Source of the DNA: a virus
Direction: 5' to 3' (one strand)
IMG/VR virus record: IMGVR_UViG_3300037520_002383
Location: 1 to 64,000 of that record
DNA: 64,000 nt
Shown here in pieces: positions 28,263 through 35,944 of this stretch. Position 1 is the stretch's first letter; the number at the start of each line of letters is the position of its first letter. The notes below the pieces were generated by a model that saw only the letters and a program-made list of their open reading frames with translations, made no database searches and was not told where the DNA came from. The position numbers and the translations under genes were made by a program.

Positions 28263-28493
28263 ATGCCCTTCAAGAGTACGCTTGCGATCGAAAAACAGGT
28301 CATTGCCAGGGTGACGATTCGTGACTCAGATCCCCGCAAGGACTTATTGGCGGAAATCAACGATCTCGTGACTTCGTCGACATTCACCATCGAAGACTTG
28401 ACATATGTCCTGGCCTGTGTCGTGGCCGTGAGCGAGAACGTCAACGAAAAGGACGTAAAAGTCAAGATCAAAACCGATGACCTACCATTTTGA
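28263..28493 (+). CDS. Hypothetical protein
   Basis: AAGGAG SD; C-terminal DDLPF. Confidence 0.65.
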   Translation: MPFKSTLAIEKQVIARVTIRDSDPRKDLLAEINDLVTSSTFTIEDLTYVLACVVAVSENVNEKDVKVKIKTDDLPF

Positions 28494-28525
28494 GCCGCCC
28501 ACCCCAGTCGTCTTCGGTTTTTTAG

Positions 28526-28554
28526 TTGACGACCGGCGGCGGAGCCTGTAGGCT
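28526..28554 (+). promoter_or_regulatory. Early promoter, leaderless
   Basis: TTGACG-N17-TAGGCT-N6-ATG. Confidence 0.85.
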
Positions 28555-28560
28555 GTAGGC

Positions 28561-28902
28561 ATGAACTACTACGCCTCCTCCGCCGCCTTCAAGACCTTTT
28601 ACCGCCGCGACCGCCGTCTCCGCAGCGAGTGGCTTGCGGGCGTCCGCTACGGAACCTTCCGCGTCCGCATGGGCGACGACGTCAATGACATGGACACCGT
28701 CTACCGCCTGACGCTGGTCCACGGCGTCGTCCGCGAGCAGGTTGCGGAGGCCATGGGCGTCTACAGCGCCAACCTCATCGGCAAGACCGTCGAAGAACTG
28801 CGTGAGATGATGCAGGCGGAGTCGGAGCCGCCCTACTGCTTCGGCTACGACCTTGTCAACCGCCACCGCGACTACGGCAACGGCCACGTCGTTGTCGACT
28901 GA
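28561..28902 (+). CDS. Hypothetical protein (leaderless)
   Basis: ATG 6 nt after TAGGCT. Confidence 0.75.
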   Translation: MNYYASSAAFKTFYRRDRRLRSEWLAGVRYGTFRVRMGDDVNDMDTVYRLTLVHGVVREQVAEAMGVYSANLIGKTVEELREMMQAESEPPYCFGYDLVNRHRDYGNGHVVVD

Positions 28903-28909
28903 GGAGAGC

Positions 28910-29179
28910 ATGAACATCTTTGCCCGATTCATCCACCTGCTTGCTTCCTTCTTCGACGCCGATGGCCGCGAACTCTGGCGGCTGCGGCAGGAGGTCAAGC
29001 GCCTGCAGAAGCGCAACCGCCGGCAGCAGGCCATCATCGAAGACAGCCACCGCAACAACGCCCTTCTGCGGAGGGAGGTAGCGGCTCAGGGCAAGGCGCT
29101 GCGGCGCCTGAAGGCCGGAAAAAGGAAGCAGCCGACGCTGCTGGTCGTTCGCTACGACAACGCCGGAGGTCGCCAGTGA
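28910..29179 (+). CDS. Hypothetical coiled-coil protein
   Basis: GAGGAG SD. Confidence 0.65.
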   Translation: MNIFARFIHLLASFFDADGRELWRLRQEVKRLQKRNRRQQAIIEDSHRNNALLRREVAAQGKALRRLKAGKRKQPTLLVVRYDNAGGRQ

Positions 29180-29820
29180 CGCCCGAGGAGAAGCGCGAGG
29201 TCTGGCGGCGCGAAGTCGGCTACCTGCTGCCGTCGTACGATGCCGCGCTAGATCCTCAGGATGTCATTGACGCCGCCCAGCGACTGCTGGGTGTGGCTCA
29301 TGCGTTGGCCGGCGTTGGCTGCCGGCGCTGTGACGGCCGCGGCTACCGCGCCTATGGCAGCAGCTCAACGTGGCGCGGCGGCGCGGGTGGTCAGGCCATC
29401 ACCAGCGACGTCTGCGACCAGTGCTGGGGCAGCGGCCGCAGCGACAAGCCCCACGGCAGCCTCCGGCGCATTCTGCAGGCCGACGCCGCAGCCAAGGCGA
29501 TGTTGGACCAGCTGCGTGAAGACACCCGGCGTTGGCGTGACAGCGGCCTGTCGCTGGAGGCCATCCGCGACCTCGTCAACCGCTGGCAGTCGGAGGACAT
29601 CAGCTTCGGCAAGCTGGTGGAGGAACTGCGACTGGCGGCATCGGCGGCCGCCGCCGATCAGGCGCAGTCGGTGCTCGATGGCATCAGTCGGTCGCTGGTG
29701 GCTGCTGTCAAGGGTCACGAGCACTATGACGCGCCGCCCCTGCACTGGAGTCAGGCGTTGAAGCTGGCCTGCGATGAGATCGAGGATCTGCGGCGTCAGA
29801 TCAAGACGCGCCGGCGCTGA
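29176..29820 (+). CDS. Protein with DnaJ-type zinc finger
   Basis: CRRCDGRG and CDQCWGSG motifs. Confidence 0.7.
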   Translation: MTPEEKREVWRREVGYLLPSYDAALDPQDVIDAAQRLLGVAHALAGVGCRRCDGRGYRAYGSSSTWRGGAGGQAITSDVCDQCWGSGRSDKPHGSLRRILQADAAAKAMLDQLREDTRRWRDSGLSLEAIRDLVNRWQSEDISFGKLVEELRLAASAAAADQAQSVLDGISRSLVAAVKGHEHYDAPPLHWSQALKLACDEIEDLRRQIKTRRR

Positions 29821-29828
29821 TATTGCTG

Positions 29829-29856
29829 TTGCATTCCCCGGCAGACGTGGTACAAG
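29829..29856 (+). promoter_or_regulatory. Sigma70-type promoter, extended -10 (weak)
   Basis: TTGCAT-N16-TACAAG preceded by TG. Confidence 0.4.
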
Positions 29857-29882
29857 CGACACGGCCCAACCAAGGAGAAGAT

Positions 29883-30206
29883 ATGACGACTAAGAAGAAG
29901 CTGAAAGCCGGCGACTGGTACACCGACACCCTCAGCCAGCCCTGCGTGATGGTGGCCGACGGAACGGGTTACGGCAAGACGCTGGCTGTCGTTATTGGTA
30001 AAGACGAGCAGGCTATGGCTGATGCCCGGCTGATGGCGGAGGCGCCCAAACTCCTTGAAGCCCTCGTTCGTGTCCTCATGTGGCAGCCGCAGTCGACGGA
30101 AGCCGCCTGCGAACAGGACTACGCCTTCGCCCGCAAGGTGGTGATGAGGGCGCGCAAGGGGACTGGCTCCTTTGCCGCCGTCACTGGTGATAAGGAAAAG
30201 ACATGA
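29883..30206 (+). CDS. Hypothetical protein, HTPGPW/AAPDLL-related family
   Basis: KAGDW...ADARLMAEAPKLLEAL...ARKVVMRARKG. Confidence 0.65.
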   Translation: MTTKKKLKAGDWYTDTLSQPCVMVADGTGYGKTLAVVIGKDEQAMADARLMAEAPKLLEALVRVLMWQPQSTEAACEQDYAFARKVVMRARKGTGSFAAVTGDKEKT

Positions 30207-30478
30207 GCAATCATACACCCGGCCCATGGCTATTGACTGACTGTGGCAAGCATCGCCCCGGCGAAAAAGCATGGAAAAGCTGCGCCCACATCGCGACAAT
30301 CGATGGCCCACTACCAGTGACACTCGCCAATATGCAGCTGAAGGCTGCTGCGCCATTGCTTTTGGCTGCCTGCGAACAGGCTCTGCGGGAAAGCGGCTGC
30401 GATGGCGACTTGTGTTGTCATGAGTGGCATGATGTGGTGCGCAAAGCCATCGCCGTAGCCAAAGGAGAAGCCGAGTGA
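30203..30478 (+). CDS. HTPGPW/AAPDLL family protein
   Basis: MSNHTPGPW...ANMQLKAAAPLLLAAC...RKAIAVAKGE. Confidence 0.75.
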   Translation: MSNHTPGPWLLTDCGKHRPGEKAWKSCAHIATIDGPLPVTLANMQLKAAAPLLLAACEQALRESGCDGDLCCHEWHDVVRKAIAVAKGEAE

Positions 30479-30642
30479 AGCCCCATGCCATCCCCTTCCA
30501 GAGCCTCGGCATTGACGCCGCCATCGGCAGCGCGCCCTTGGAGCAGCACACGATCCAGCGACGTCTCCAAGCGAAGATGCTTCACGCCGTCGCCACCGCT
30601 TTCGAGGAACCCCGACACCTCTCGACCCACGGAGACAAGTGA
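30475..30642 (+). CDS. Small hypothetical protein (55 aa, not in track)
   Basis: AAGGAG SD; GTGA overlap; VKPHAIPFQSLGIDAAIG...HGDK*. Confidence 0.5.
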   Translation: MKPHAIPFQSLGIDAAIGSAPLEQHTIQRRLQAKMLHAVATAFEEPRHLSTHGDK

Positions 30643-31001
30643 TGCCACGCTACAGCGTAACCGGGGCCGTCCATGCCTCGACCTACATCGGCGAGTACGA
30701 CGCCAACACGCCCGAGGAAGCCATCGAGCGAGCCTACCGCGATGCAGGCGTCAGCCTGTGCCACGAGTGCGCCCGCGAAGTGAGCGATCCCGAAGTCTGC
30801 GAGCTGGTCGCCGAGGACGTGGAGACGGGCGACGCGACCAGCGAGGCGACGACGAACGATCAGATCGTGGAACAGGCTGCCGAGATCAAGCGCCTGCGCC
30901 GCGCCCTCACGCACATCGCGGATACCTGCGTGCAAGACCCCGACACCGCGCAGTTCGCCGCGCGCGTGCTCGACGGGAGCGCCGACGTGGGGGAGCCATG
31001 A
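30642..31001 (+). CDS. Hypothetical protein
   Basis: TGATG coupling; CHEC motif. Confidence 0.7.
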   Translation: MPRYSVTGAVHASTYIGEYDANTPEEAIERAYRDAGVSLCHECAREVSDPEVCELVAEDVETGDATSEATTNDQIVEQAAEIKRLRRALTHIADTCVQDPDTAQFAARVLDGSADVGEP

Positions 31002-31279
31002 AGCAAGCCGCCCCCGTCCGAGCGAAGCCGCCCAGCTCGCGCGCGGTCCTCGACTGCCCCGAGTGCTCGACGCCGCTCATCCCGGCGCACGGGCGCGGCA
31101 GGCACGACCAAGACGGCAACTACGTCGAGCACCGGGACGGCTGTCGCTGCCCGTGGTGTGACTGGGCGTGGTTCGACGACGCCGACCCCGTGACGTGCGC
31201 CTGCGGGGCCGTCGTCGGCGTGAAGTGCGACGAGGAGTACGCCTACGCGACCGTGATCGAGAAGAAAGGAACCCCATGA
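30998..31279 (+). CDS. Zinc-ribbon protein
   Basis: CPEC, CRCPWC and CAC motifs. Confidence 0.65.
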   Translation: MKQAAPVRAKPPSSRAVLDCPECSTPLIPAHGRGRHDQDGNYVEHRDGCRCPWCDWAWFDDADPVTCACGAVVGVKCDEEYAYATVIEKKGTP

Positions 31280-31506
31280 CCGCAGCATCGACGACCAGCT
31301 CCGCGCCCGAGCCTCGCCGTCTTTGGTGCCGCTGCCGCAGGAACACCGCTTGGCGAACCTCGCGGGGCTGGGTGCTCCGCTACCGCTGCGTGAACGGCGT
31401 GTGGGGCGGCGGCGGGGGCTACGGCAACGGCGCGAGCTTGAAAGAGGCGTACCGCTGGTGCGCTTCGTGTCGAGAGTGCCGCGACGCGGCGAAAGGAACG
31501 CCATGA
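31276..31506 (+). CDS. Small Cys/Arg-rich protein
   Basis: AAAGGA SD; ATGA overlaps. Confidence 0.55.
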   Translation: MTAASTTSSAPEPRRLWCRCRRNTAWRTSRGWVLRYRCVNGVWGGGGGYGNGASLKEAYRWCASCRECRDAAKGTP

Positions 31507-32144
31507 CCGAGTGGAATATCGAAACGGCGCTCAACCACCACGCCGGATGCAGCGTGTACGACGACGGTGCCTGCACCTGCGGCCTGCGGGCGCGGCGCGA
31601 GCAGATCGAACGCTCGCCGCTGGCCCCCGGCGAGGGGACGTGGAGTGTGTTCGCCCAGAAGGTCGTCGAGGAACGGGACGCGCTCAAGGAGGTCGTGCAG
31701 ACCCTCAAGGCGCGGCTCGTCGACGCGGAGCAAAAGCTGCTCGACGCCGAGTGCGAGCGTGACGCGAGCCGAGGCATGGAGAAGGCAGCCGAAATACGCG
31801 CTGAACGCCTCTACAGAGAGCGGGAGCGCCTGACCGAGTGCAACGAAGCCATGCGTGAGCCGATGCGAAGGCTGCGGGATGCGATGGGTATGCCCGCGCA
31901 AGGCGAAGGCTACGTCGTCGACTCGATCATCAAAGAACGCGACGAAGCCCTGCGCCTGTTGGCGACCCGCGTCGAGGCAAAGCGACTGGACGAGGCGCAA
32001 GAGGAGATCGAACGTCTGCGTGAAGCCGCGAAGCAGGCGCGGGAGGCGTTGCGAGACTGCTTGCGTTCGGCGTCGACCAATCGACTTGTCGACGTCATCG
32101 GTGACGCGATGACGGCGCTTGAACAGGCGGGGGTGAAGCCATGA
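31503..32144 (+). CDS. Coiled-coil protein with N-terminal HxxxC-CxCG metal site
   Basis: HHAGC...CTCG followed by heptad repeats. Confidence 0.7.
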   Translation: MTEWNIETALNHHAGCSVYDDGACTCGLRARREQIERSPLAPGEGTWSVFAQKVVEERDALKEVVQTLKARLVDAEQKLLDAECERDASRGMEKAAEIRAERLYRERERLTECNEAMREPMRRLRDAMGMPAQGEGYVVDSIIKERDEALRLLATRVEAKRLDEAQEEIERLREAAKQAREALRDCLRSASTNRLVDVIGDAMTALEQAGVKP

Positions 32145-32371
32145 ACACCAACAGCGCGACCACGCTCCCCTGCGCCGGATGCAGCCGCTACCTCGGCGAC
32201 GTCATGCAGCCGCTCGTCGTCGACTTCGACGGCTTTCGCTACCGGGTCTGCGGGCGTGGTTGCCTCGTCAGGCTCATGGCGCGGCTCTCGCAGTCGTCGA
32301 CGACCTCGACGAGCGCCACGAACGACACGGTGAACTACTACCTGCTGGACGGGTACAAGAGGTTTCCATGA
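32141..32371 (+). CDS. Small zinc-binding protein
   Basis: CAGC...CGRGC. Confidence 0.6.
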   Translation: MNTNSATTLPCAGCSRYLGDVMQPLVVDFDGFRYRVCGRGCLVRLMARLSQSSTTSTSATNDTVNYYLLDGYKRFP

Positions 32372-32796
32372 CCGACGAACGCCTCGACGAGATCAAGACC
32401 AAGTGGAACATCCCCGTGACGCTGCCCATGAGCGTGCCGTGGGGCAAGGACGACGTCGTGTGGCTGGTGCAGGAGGTCGAGCGCCTGCGCGAAGACCTGA
32501 AGAAGGCTCAGGAGAAGGCGGCCATCTACGAAAGAGACTGGTATGAGGCCAAGTCAGAGTTCGGGACCGCCATCGCCAAGCTGAAGGCCGACATCGCCCA
32601 AGAGCGCCTGAAGTGGGAAGCCACCCGTAGGTCGATGCTGCAGACGCGCGATGTCGCCGTGAAGGCTCGCGACGAAGTCTACGATCTCCTCCGCGGCCTC
32701 GGCTGGGAAAGCCACCTGCTGCAGGAAACGGCAGTGGAGTTCATCCAGCGGCTGCTGGCTTCAAACACTGTTGACAGACGTTGGGACTTGCCATAG
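32368..32796 (+). CDS. Coiled-coil hypothetical protein
   Basis: DDVVWLVQEVERLR; its TAG stop lies in the next -10. Confidence 0.7.
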   Translation: MTDERLDEIKTKWNIPVTLPMSVPWGKDDVVWLVQEVERLREDLKKAQEKAAIYERDWYEAKSEFGTAIAKLKADIAQERLKWEATRRSMLQTRDVAVKARDEVYDLLRGLGWESHLLQETAVEFIQRLLASNTVDRRWDLP

Positions 32797-32799
32797 CCT
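32771..32799 (+). promoter_or_regulatory. Early promoter, leaderless
   Basis: TTGACA-N17-TAGCCT-N6-ATG. Confidence 0.8.
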
Positions 32800-32805
32800 A
32801 TGGGG

Positions 32806-33162
32806 ATGAACATGACGCACACACCGGGGCCGTGGTTGTTCAGGGGCAAATCCAGCAGCGTGCATGCGCCGCCGCAGAACGGGCCGGGGCAGAACTACCA
32901 ATACGGCGATCAACTCTTCCGCTTTCGAGACGATGACGATGACGCAGCGAGCATCAGCGACGAGAATCTGGCGCTTGTCCTTGCTGCACCCGATCTACTG
33001 CAGGGGCTGGAGGACATGATCGGCCACTGTCAGGGCTGTAATGGCAGAGGGCGGTTCTACGGCCCCGTCCCCGGCAGCCCCGGCAGCTATGCGTCGAATC
33101 AGCCCTGCCAAGACTGCAACGACGCCCGCGCCGCCATCAAGAAGGCACGAGGAGAGCCATGA
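32806..33162 (+). CDS. HTPGPW/AAPDLL family protein with zinc-finger insert (leaderless)
   Basis: MNMTHTPGPW...LAAPDLLQGLE..CQGCNGRG...CQDC..ARAAIKKARGE. Confidence 0.75.
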   Translation: MNMTHTPGPWLFRGKSSSVHAPPQNGPGQNYQYGDQLFRFRDDDDDAASISDENLALVLAAPDLLQGLEDMIGHCQGCNGRGRFYGPVPGSPGSYASNQPCQDCNDARAAIKKARGEP

Positions 33163-33566
33163 CCGAGCACACACCCGGCCCATGGCGTTGGGAACTGAAC
33201 GTCAAGCATCATGGGCTAGAGCTATGCGGCGGCCGGCCACGATACGACCTGACGGTGCTTGACTTCAAGCGCTGGGGTATGTCGTCGGCCATCGCCCGCT
33301 TCCGCACAGACGCCCATGGTCCAAACACCCTGCAGAAGGCCACCGACTTCGCCCGCCCCATCCCCGGTCGCGAACACCACAGCAGCTGGCTGCAGGCCGT
33401 CGATCACCCGGATGCGCACTTGATTGCGGCAGCGCCTGACCTGCTGGAGATGCTGGAGGAGATGGCGGCTCAGCACCACTGCGGCTGCCGTCACCCGGCG
33501 TGCAAGCGCTGCAAAGACGATGATGCCTGCGCGGCCGTTATCGCCAAGGCAAGGGGTCGACGATGA
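33159..33566 (+). CDS. HTPGPW/AAPDLL family protein
   Basis: MTEHTPGPW...DAHLIAAAPDLLEMLE...AVIAKARG. Confidence 0.75.
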   Translation: MTEHTPGPWRWELNVKHHGLELCGGRPRYDLTVLDFKRWGMSSAIARFRTDAHGPNTLQKATDFARPIPGREHHSSWLQAVDHPDAHLIAAAPDLLEMLEEMAAQHHCGCRHPACKRCKDDDACAAVIAKARGRR

Positions 33567-33826
33567 TTCAGTTCAAGCCCGAGGACTTCGCCCGAGACTA
33601 CGTCTATGCCCCGACGACGGAAGACGAGCGACGCCGCAACGCAGACCTCGTCAAGGCGCTGGTGGCGGAGGTGAAGCGCCTCGGCGGCCTGACGACGCTG
33701 GAAGGCGGCAAGCTGCTGGCCGTCGCCATCAACCACCCCGCCTACTGCCCCATCTACGACGGCCAGCGCTGCACCTGCGGCTACGGGCGCAGCGCTGGCG
33801 CCTACTGGCCGGCTTCAGACTATTGA
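33563..33826 (+). CDS. Hypothetical protein
   Basis: ATGA overlap; HPAYC...CTCG; stop lies in TTGACA. Confidence 0.65.
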   Translation: MIQFKPEDFARDYVYAPTTEDERRRNADLVKALVAEVKRLGGLTTLEGGKLLAVAINHPAYCPIYDGQRCTCGYGRSAGAYWPASDY

Positions 33827-33851
33827 CAGGCGCTGATGCCGCTGCTAGGAT
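33823..33851 (+). promoter_or_regulatory. Early promoter, leaderless
   Basis: TTGACA-N17-TAGGAT-N6-ATG. Confidence 0.85.
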
Positions 33852-33857
33852 CGAGGC

Positions 33858-34121
33858 ATGAATACCCTCATCCCCCAGAAGCAGGTCCAAGTCGCAGTCG
33901 AATCCGACGACCTGAGGCGCGACAAATACATGGTCGTCATACGCGACTCCGATGGCAGCCTCATCGGCATCCCCCTGCGTGGCGTTGAGCTGCGTGACGC
34001 CCAATATGCAGCGGCGCCGTTGATGTATGCATTTGAATATGGCATGAGCTTTGCTCAGACCCATTTTCGGCGGCTGTTTTTAGCCAGCCACTTCAAGACA
34101 ACACAAAAGATTGAACCCTGA
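33858..34121 (+). CDS. Hypothetical protein (leaderless)
   Basis: ATG 6 nt after TAGGAT. Confidence 0.7.
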   Translation: MNTLIPQKQVQVAVESDDLRRDKYMVVIRDSDGSLIGIPLRGVELRDAQYAAAPLMYAFEYGMSFAQTHFRRLFLASHFKTTQKIEP

Positions 34122-34136
34122 GGCAGAAGAAGGGGC

Positions 34137-34166
34137 TTGACGGCGGCCGTGAATCAATGCTAGGCT
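34137..34166 (+). promoter_or_regulatory. Early promoter, leaderless
   Basis: TTGACG-N18-TAGGCT-N7-ATG. Confidence 0.8.
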
Positions 34167-34173
34167 ACGGAGC

Positions 34174-34419
34174 ATGAATACACCCAGCCTCCGGATGCCG
34201 CCGCACAACCCCTTCTCAATGATCATTCAGTCTTCAAGCAACGACAAGCTGCATCACGTCAAGGTCAGTGACGGCACAAAAACCATCGCTGAGTTTCTGC
34301 TGAAGGGCCAGCGGGTGCAGTCTTCTGTCGTCGCCGAGCCCCAGCGCATGCCGCGTTTCAAGCGGGCGGCGTTGAGCCTCATTGAGATGGGGGCTTGCGG
34401 CGGCAACTTCGACTTTTGA
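34174..34419 (+). CDS. Hypothetical protein (leaderless)
   Basis: ATG 7 nt after TAGGCT. Confidence 0.7.
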   Translation: MNTPSLRMPPHNPFSMIIQSSSNDKLHHVKVSDGTKTIAEFLLKGQRVQSSVVAEPQRMPRFKRAALSLIEMGACGGNFDF

Positions 34420-34433
34420 GGAGAAAACATACA

Positions 34434-34607
34434 GTGCGCGACCTCAAGATCGTTCCCGATTCATCGTGGTTCCAGGTATGGGAGGAGTCACGACACATCG
34501 CCACGTTCTACAACCAAGAAGACGCCTTGGCGTTTGTAGACGGCTTCGTATTGGTGGAAATGGTAAAAAGGTATCTGAAGTCGGATAAGGAAGGAGGCAG
34601 CCGATGA
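34434..34607 (+). CDS. Small hypothetical protein
   Basis: GAGGAG SD before GTG; ATGA overlap. Confidence 0.55.
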   Translation: MRDLKIVPDSSWFQVWEESRHIATFYNQEDALAFVDGFVLVEMVKRYLKSDKEGGSR

Positions 34608-34921
34608 TCACCCTCAACTTCTATACCATCGCCGAACGACGACCAAGGCATGGCCAGGAGCTGGTGTATCTGCGACGCGGCGACAGCTTTGGTTTCGTTG
34701 CATTCGAGCCAGTGGAGGGCACGGCAGAATACTGCTGGTTTGGCATGGACGAATATGGCGACTTTGACGGCAACCAACTAATATACGAAGATGATGGGCA
34801 GCCGCCACCACCCGGCTACCGGCTGGAGATCATGTTTGGAAACCGTGTGATCGACGAAGAGAACTACTGGTGGTGCCCCATGGACGAGTACGACGCCGCC
34901 TTTCCCCAGCAACGGGAATGA
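34604..34921 (+). CDS. Acidic hypothetical protein
   Basis: GGAGG SD; followed by a terminator. Confidence 0.7.
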   Translation: MITLNFYTIAERRPRHGQELVYLRRGDSFGFVAFEPVEGTAEYCWFGMDEYGDFDGNQLIYEDDGQPPPPGYRLEIMFGNRVIDEENYWWCPMDEYDAAFPQQRE

Positions 34922-34924
34922 AGC

Positions 34925-34951
34925 AGACCCTGGAGCAATCCGGGGTCTTTC
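34925..34951 (+). terminator. Intrinsic terminator
   Basis: AGACCCTGGA-GCAA-TCCGGGGTCT-TT. Confidence 0.6.
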
Positions 34952-34962
34952 ATTGATAGATG

Positions 34963-34991
34963 TTGACAACTACCGAGGCTTCAGGTATCTA
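34963..34991 (+). promoter_or_regulatory. Early promoter, degenerate -10
   Basis: TTGACA-N17-TATCTA-N8-ATG. Confidence 0.5.
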
Positions 34992-34999
34992 TGCAGACC

Positions 35000-35188
35000 A
35001 TGAACGACACCATCACCATACCCGCTCGCGCCCTATCCGTTGGCCACATCCTCTGCACCCACGACGGCCGCCGGCTGTCGATCACGGGCGTCATCGTCGG
35101 CGCCATCGTGCAAGCCCAGGCCCATCACGGCAACAGCCGCCACACCTTTTTCTTCCCCATCACCGCCTCTGTCACGGTGGCGGCATGA
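35000..35188 (+). CDS. Small hypothetical protein
   Basis: MNDTITIPARALSVG...; just after a TTGACA promoter. Confidence 0.6.
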   Translation: MNDTITIPARALSVGHILCTHDGRRLSITGVIVGAIVQAQAHHGNSRHTFFFPITASVTVAA

Positions 35189-35661
35189 ATATCTTCATCC
35201 TCGACAGCGACCCGGTGGCGGCGGCGTGGGCGACGGTCGACAAGCATGCCGTCAAGATGCCGCTGGAGACGGCGCAGATGGCCTGCACCATCGCCCGCAG
35301 TCTCGGCGTCGACGACGTCGCCTACCGCAGCACCCATGCAAGTCACCCCTGCACCCTCTGGGCGGCGGCCAGCGATGAGTCATGGCAGTGGCTGATGGCC
35401 CACGGCCTTGCCCTCTGCGAGACCTACAGCGCCCGCTACGGCCGCCAGCATGCGTCTGAGGCCATCCTGCGTCACGTCGCCGCCCTGAAGCTGCCGCTGC
35501 CTCGCCGCAGCATGCCCGCCTTCGCTCAAGCCATGCCCGACGCCTACAGGCGGCCTGACGCCGTCGCCGCCTACCGCGCCTACTACCGCGGCGACAAGGC
35601 GCGCTTCGCCGCTTGGCGACAGCCGGCTCAGACCCCCGATTGGTGGCAAGAGACTACTTGA
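35185..35661 (+). CDS. Pyrimidine-dimer DNA glycosylase/endonuclease V family protein
   Basis: MNIFILDSDP...DKHAVKMPLETAQM, THASHPCTLW, FAQAMPD, AYRAYY. Confidence 0.8.
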   Translation: MNIFILDSDPVAAAWATVDKHAVKMPLETAQMACTIARSLGVDDVAYRSTHASHPCTLWAAASDESWQWLMAHGLALCETYSARYGRQHASEAILRHVAALKLPLPRRSMPAFAQAMPDAYRRPDAVAAYRAYYRGDKARFAAWRQPAQTPDWWQETT

Positions 35662-35687
35662 CAGCCGCCTTTGACTTCGTATAGGCT
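35658..35687 (+). promoter_or_regulatory. Early promoter, leaderless
   Basis: TTGACA-N18-TAGGCT-N6-ATG. Confidence 0.8.
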
Positions 35688-35693
35688 GACGAC

Positions 35694-35885
35694 ATGATTT
35701 ACTACGCCTTCAATGACGACGATCGAGCCAATATCATGGGTAGATTCGAAGACGAAACTGAAGACGATTGTTATCGAGATGGCAGCCAAGATATTAGCCA
35801 CGATATCATTTATCCAAATGACACCGAAGAGGCGCTGACCCCGCAGCAGGCTCAGGACGAGATGCCTGACCTGCTGCCTTTCTGA
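35694..35885 (+). CDS. Small acidic protein (leaderless)
   Basis: ATG 6 nt after TAGGCT; Asp/Glu-rich. Confidence 0.65.
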   Translation: MIYYAFNDDDRANIMGRFEDETEDDCYRDGSQDISHDIIYPNDTEEALTPQQAQDEMPDLLPF

Positions 35886-35944
35886 GAGACTAAGCCAACC
35901 TTCTACGGGAGCCGGCAACGGCAGCCAGCAACCAAAGGAGCCCT

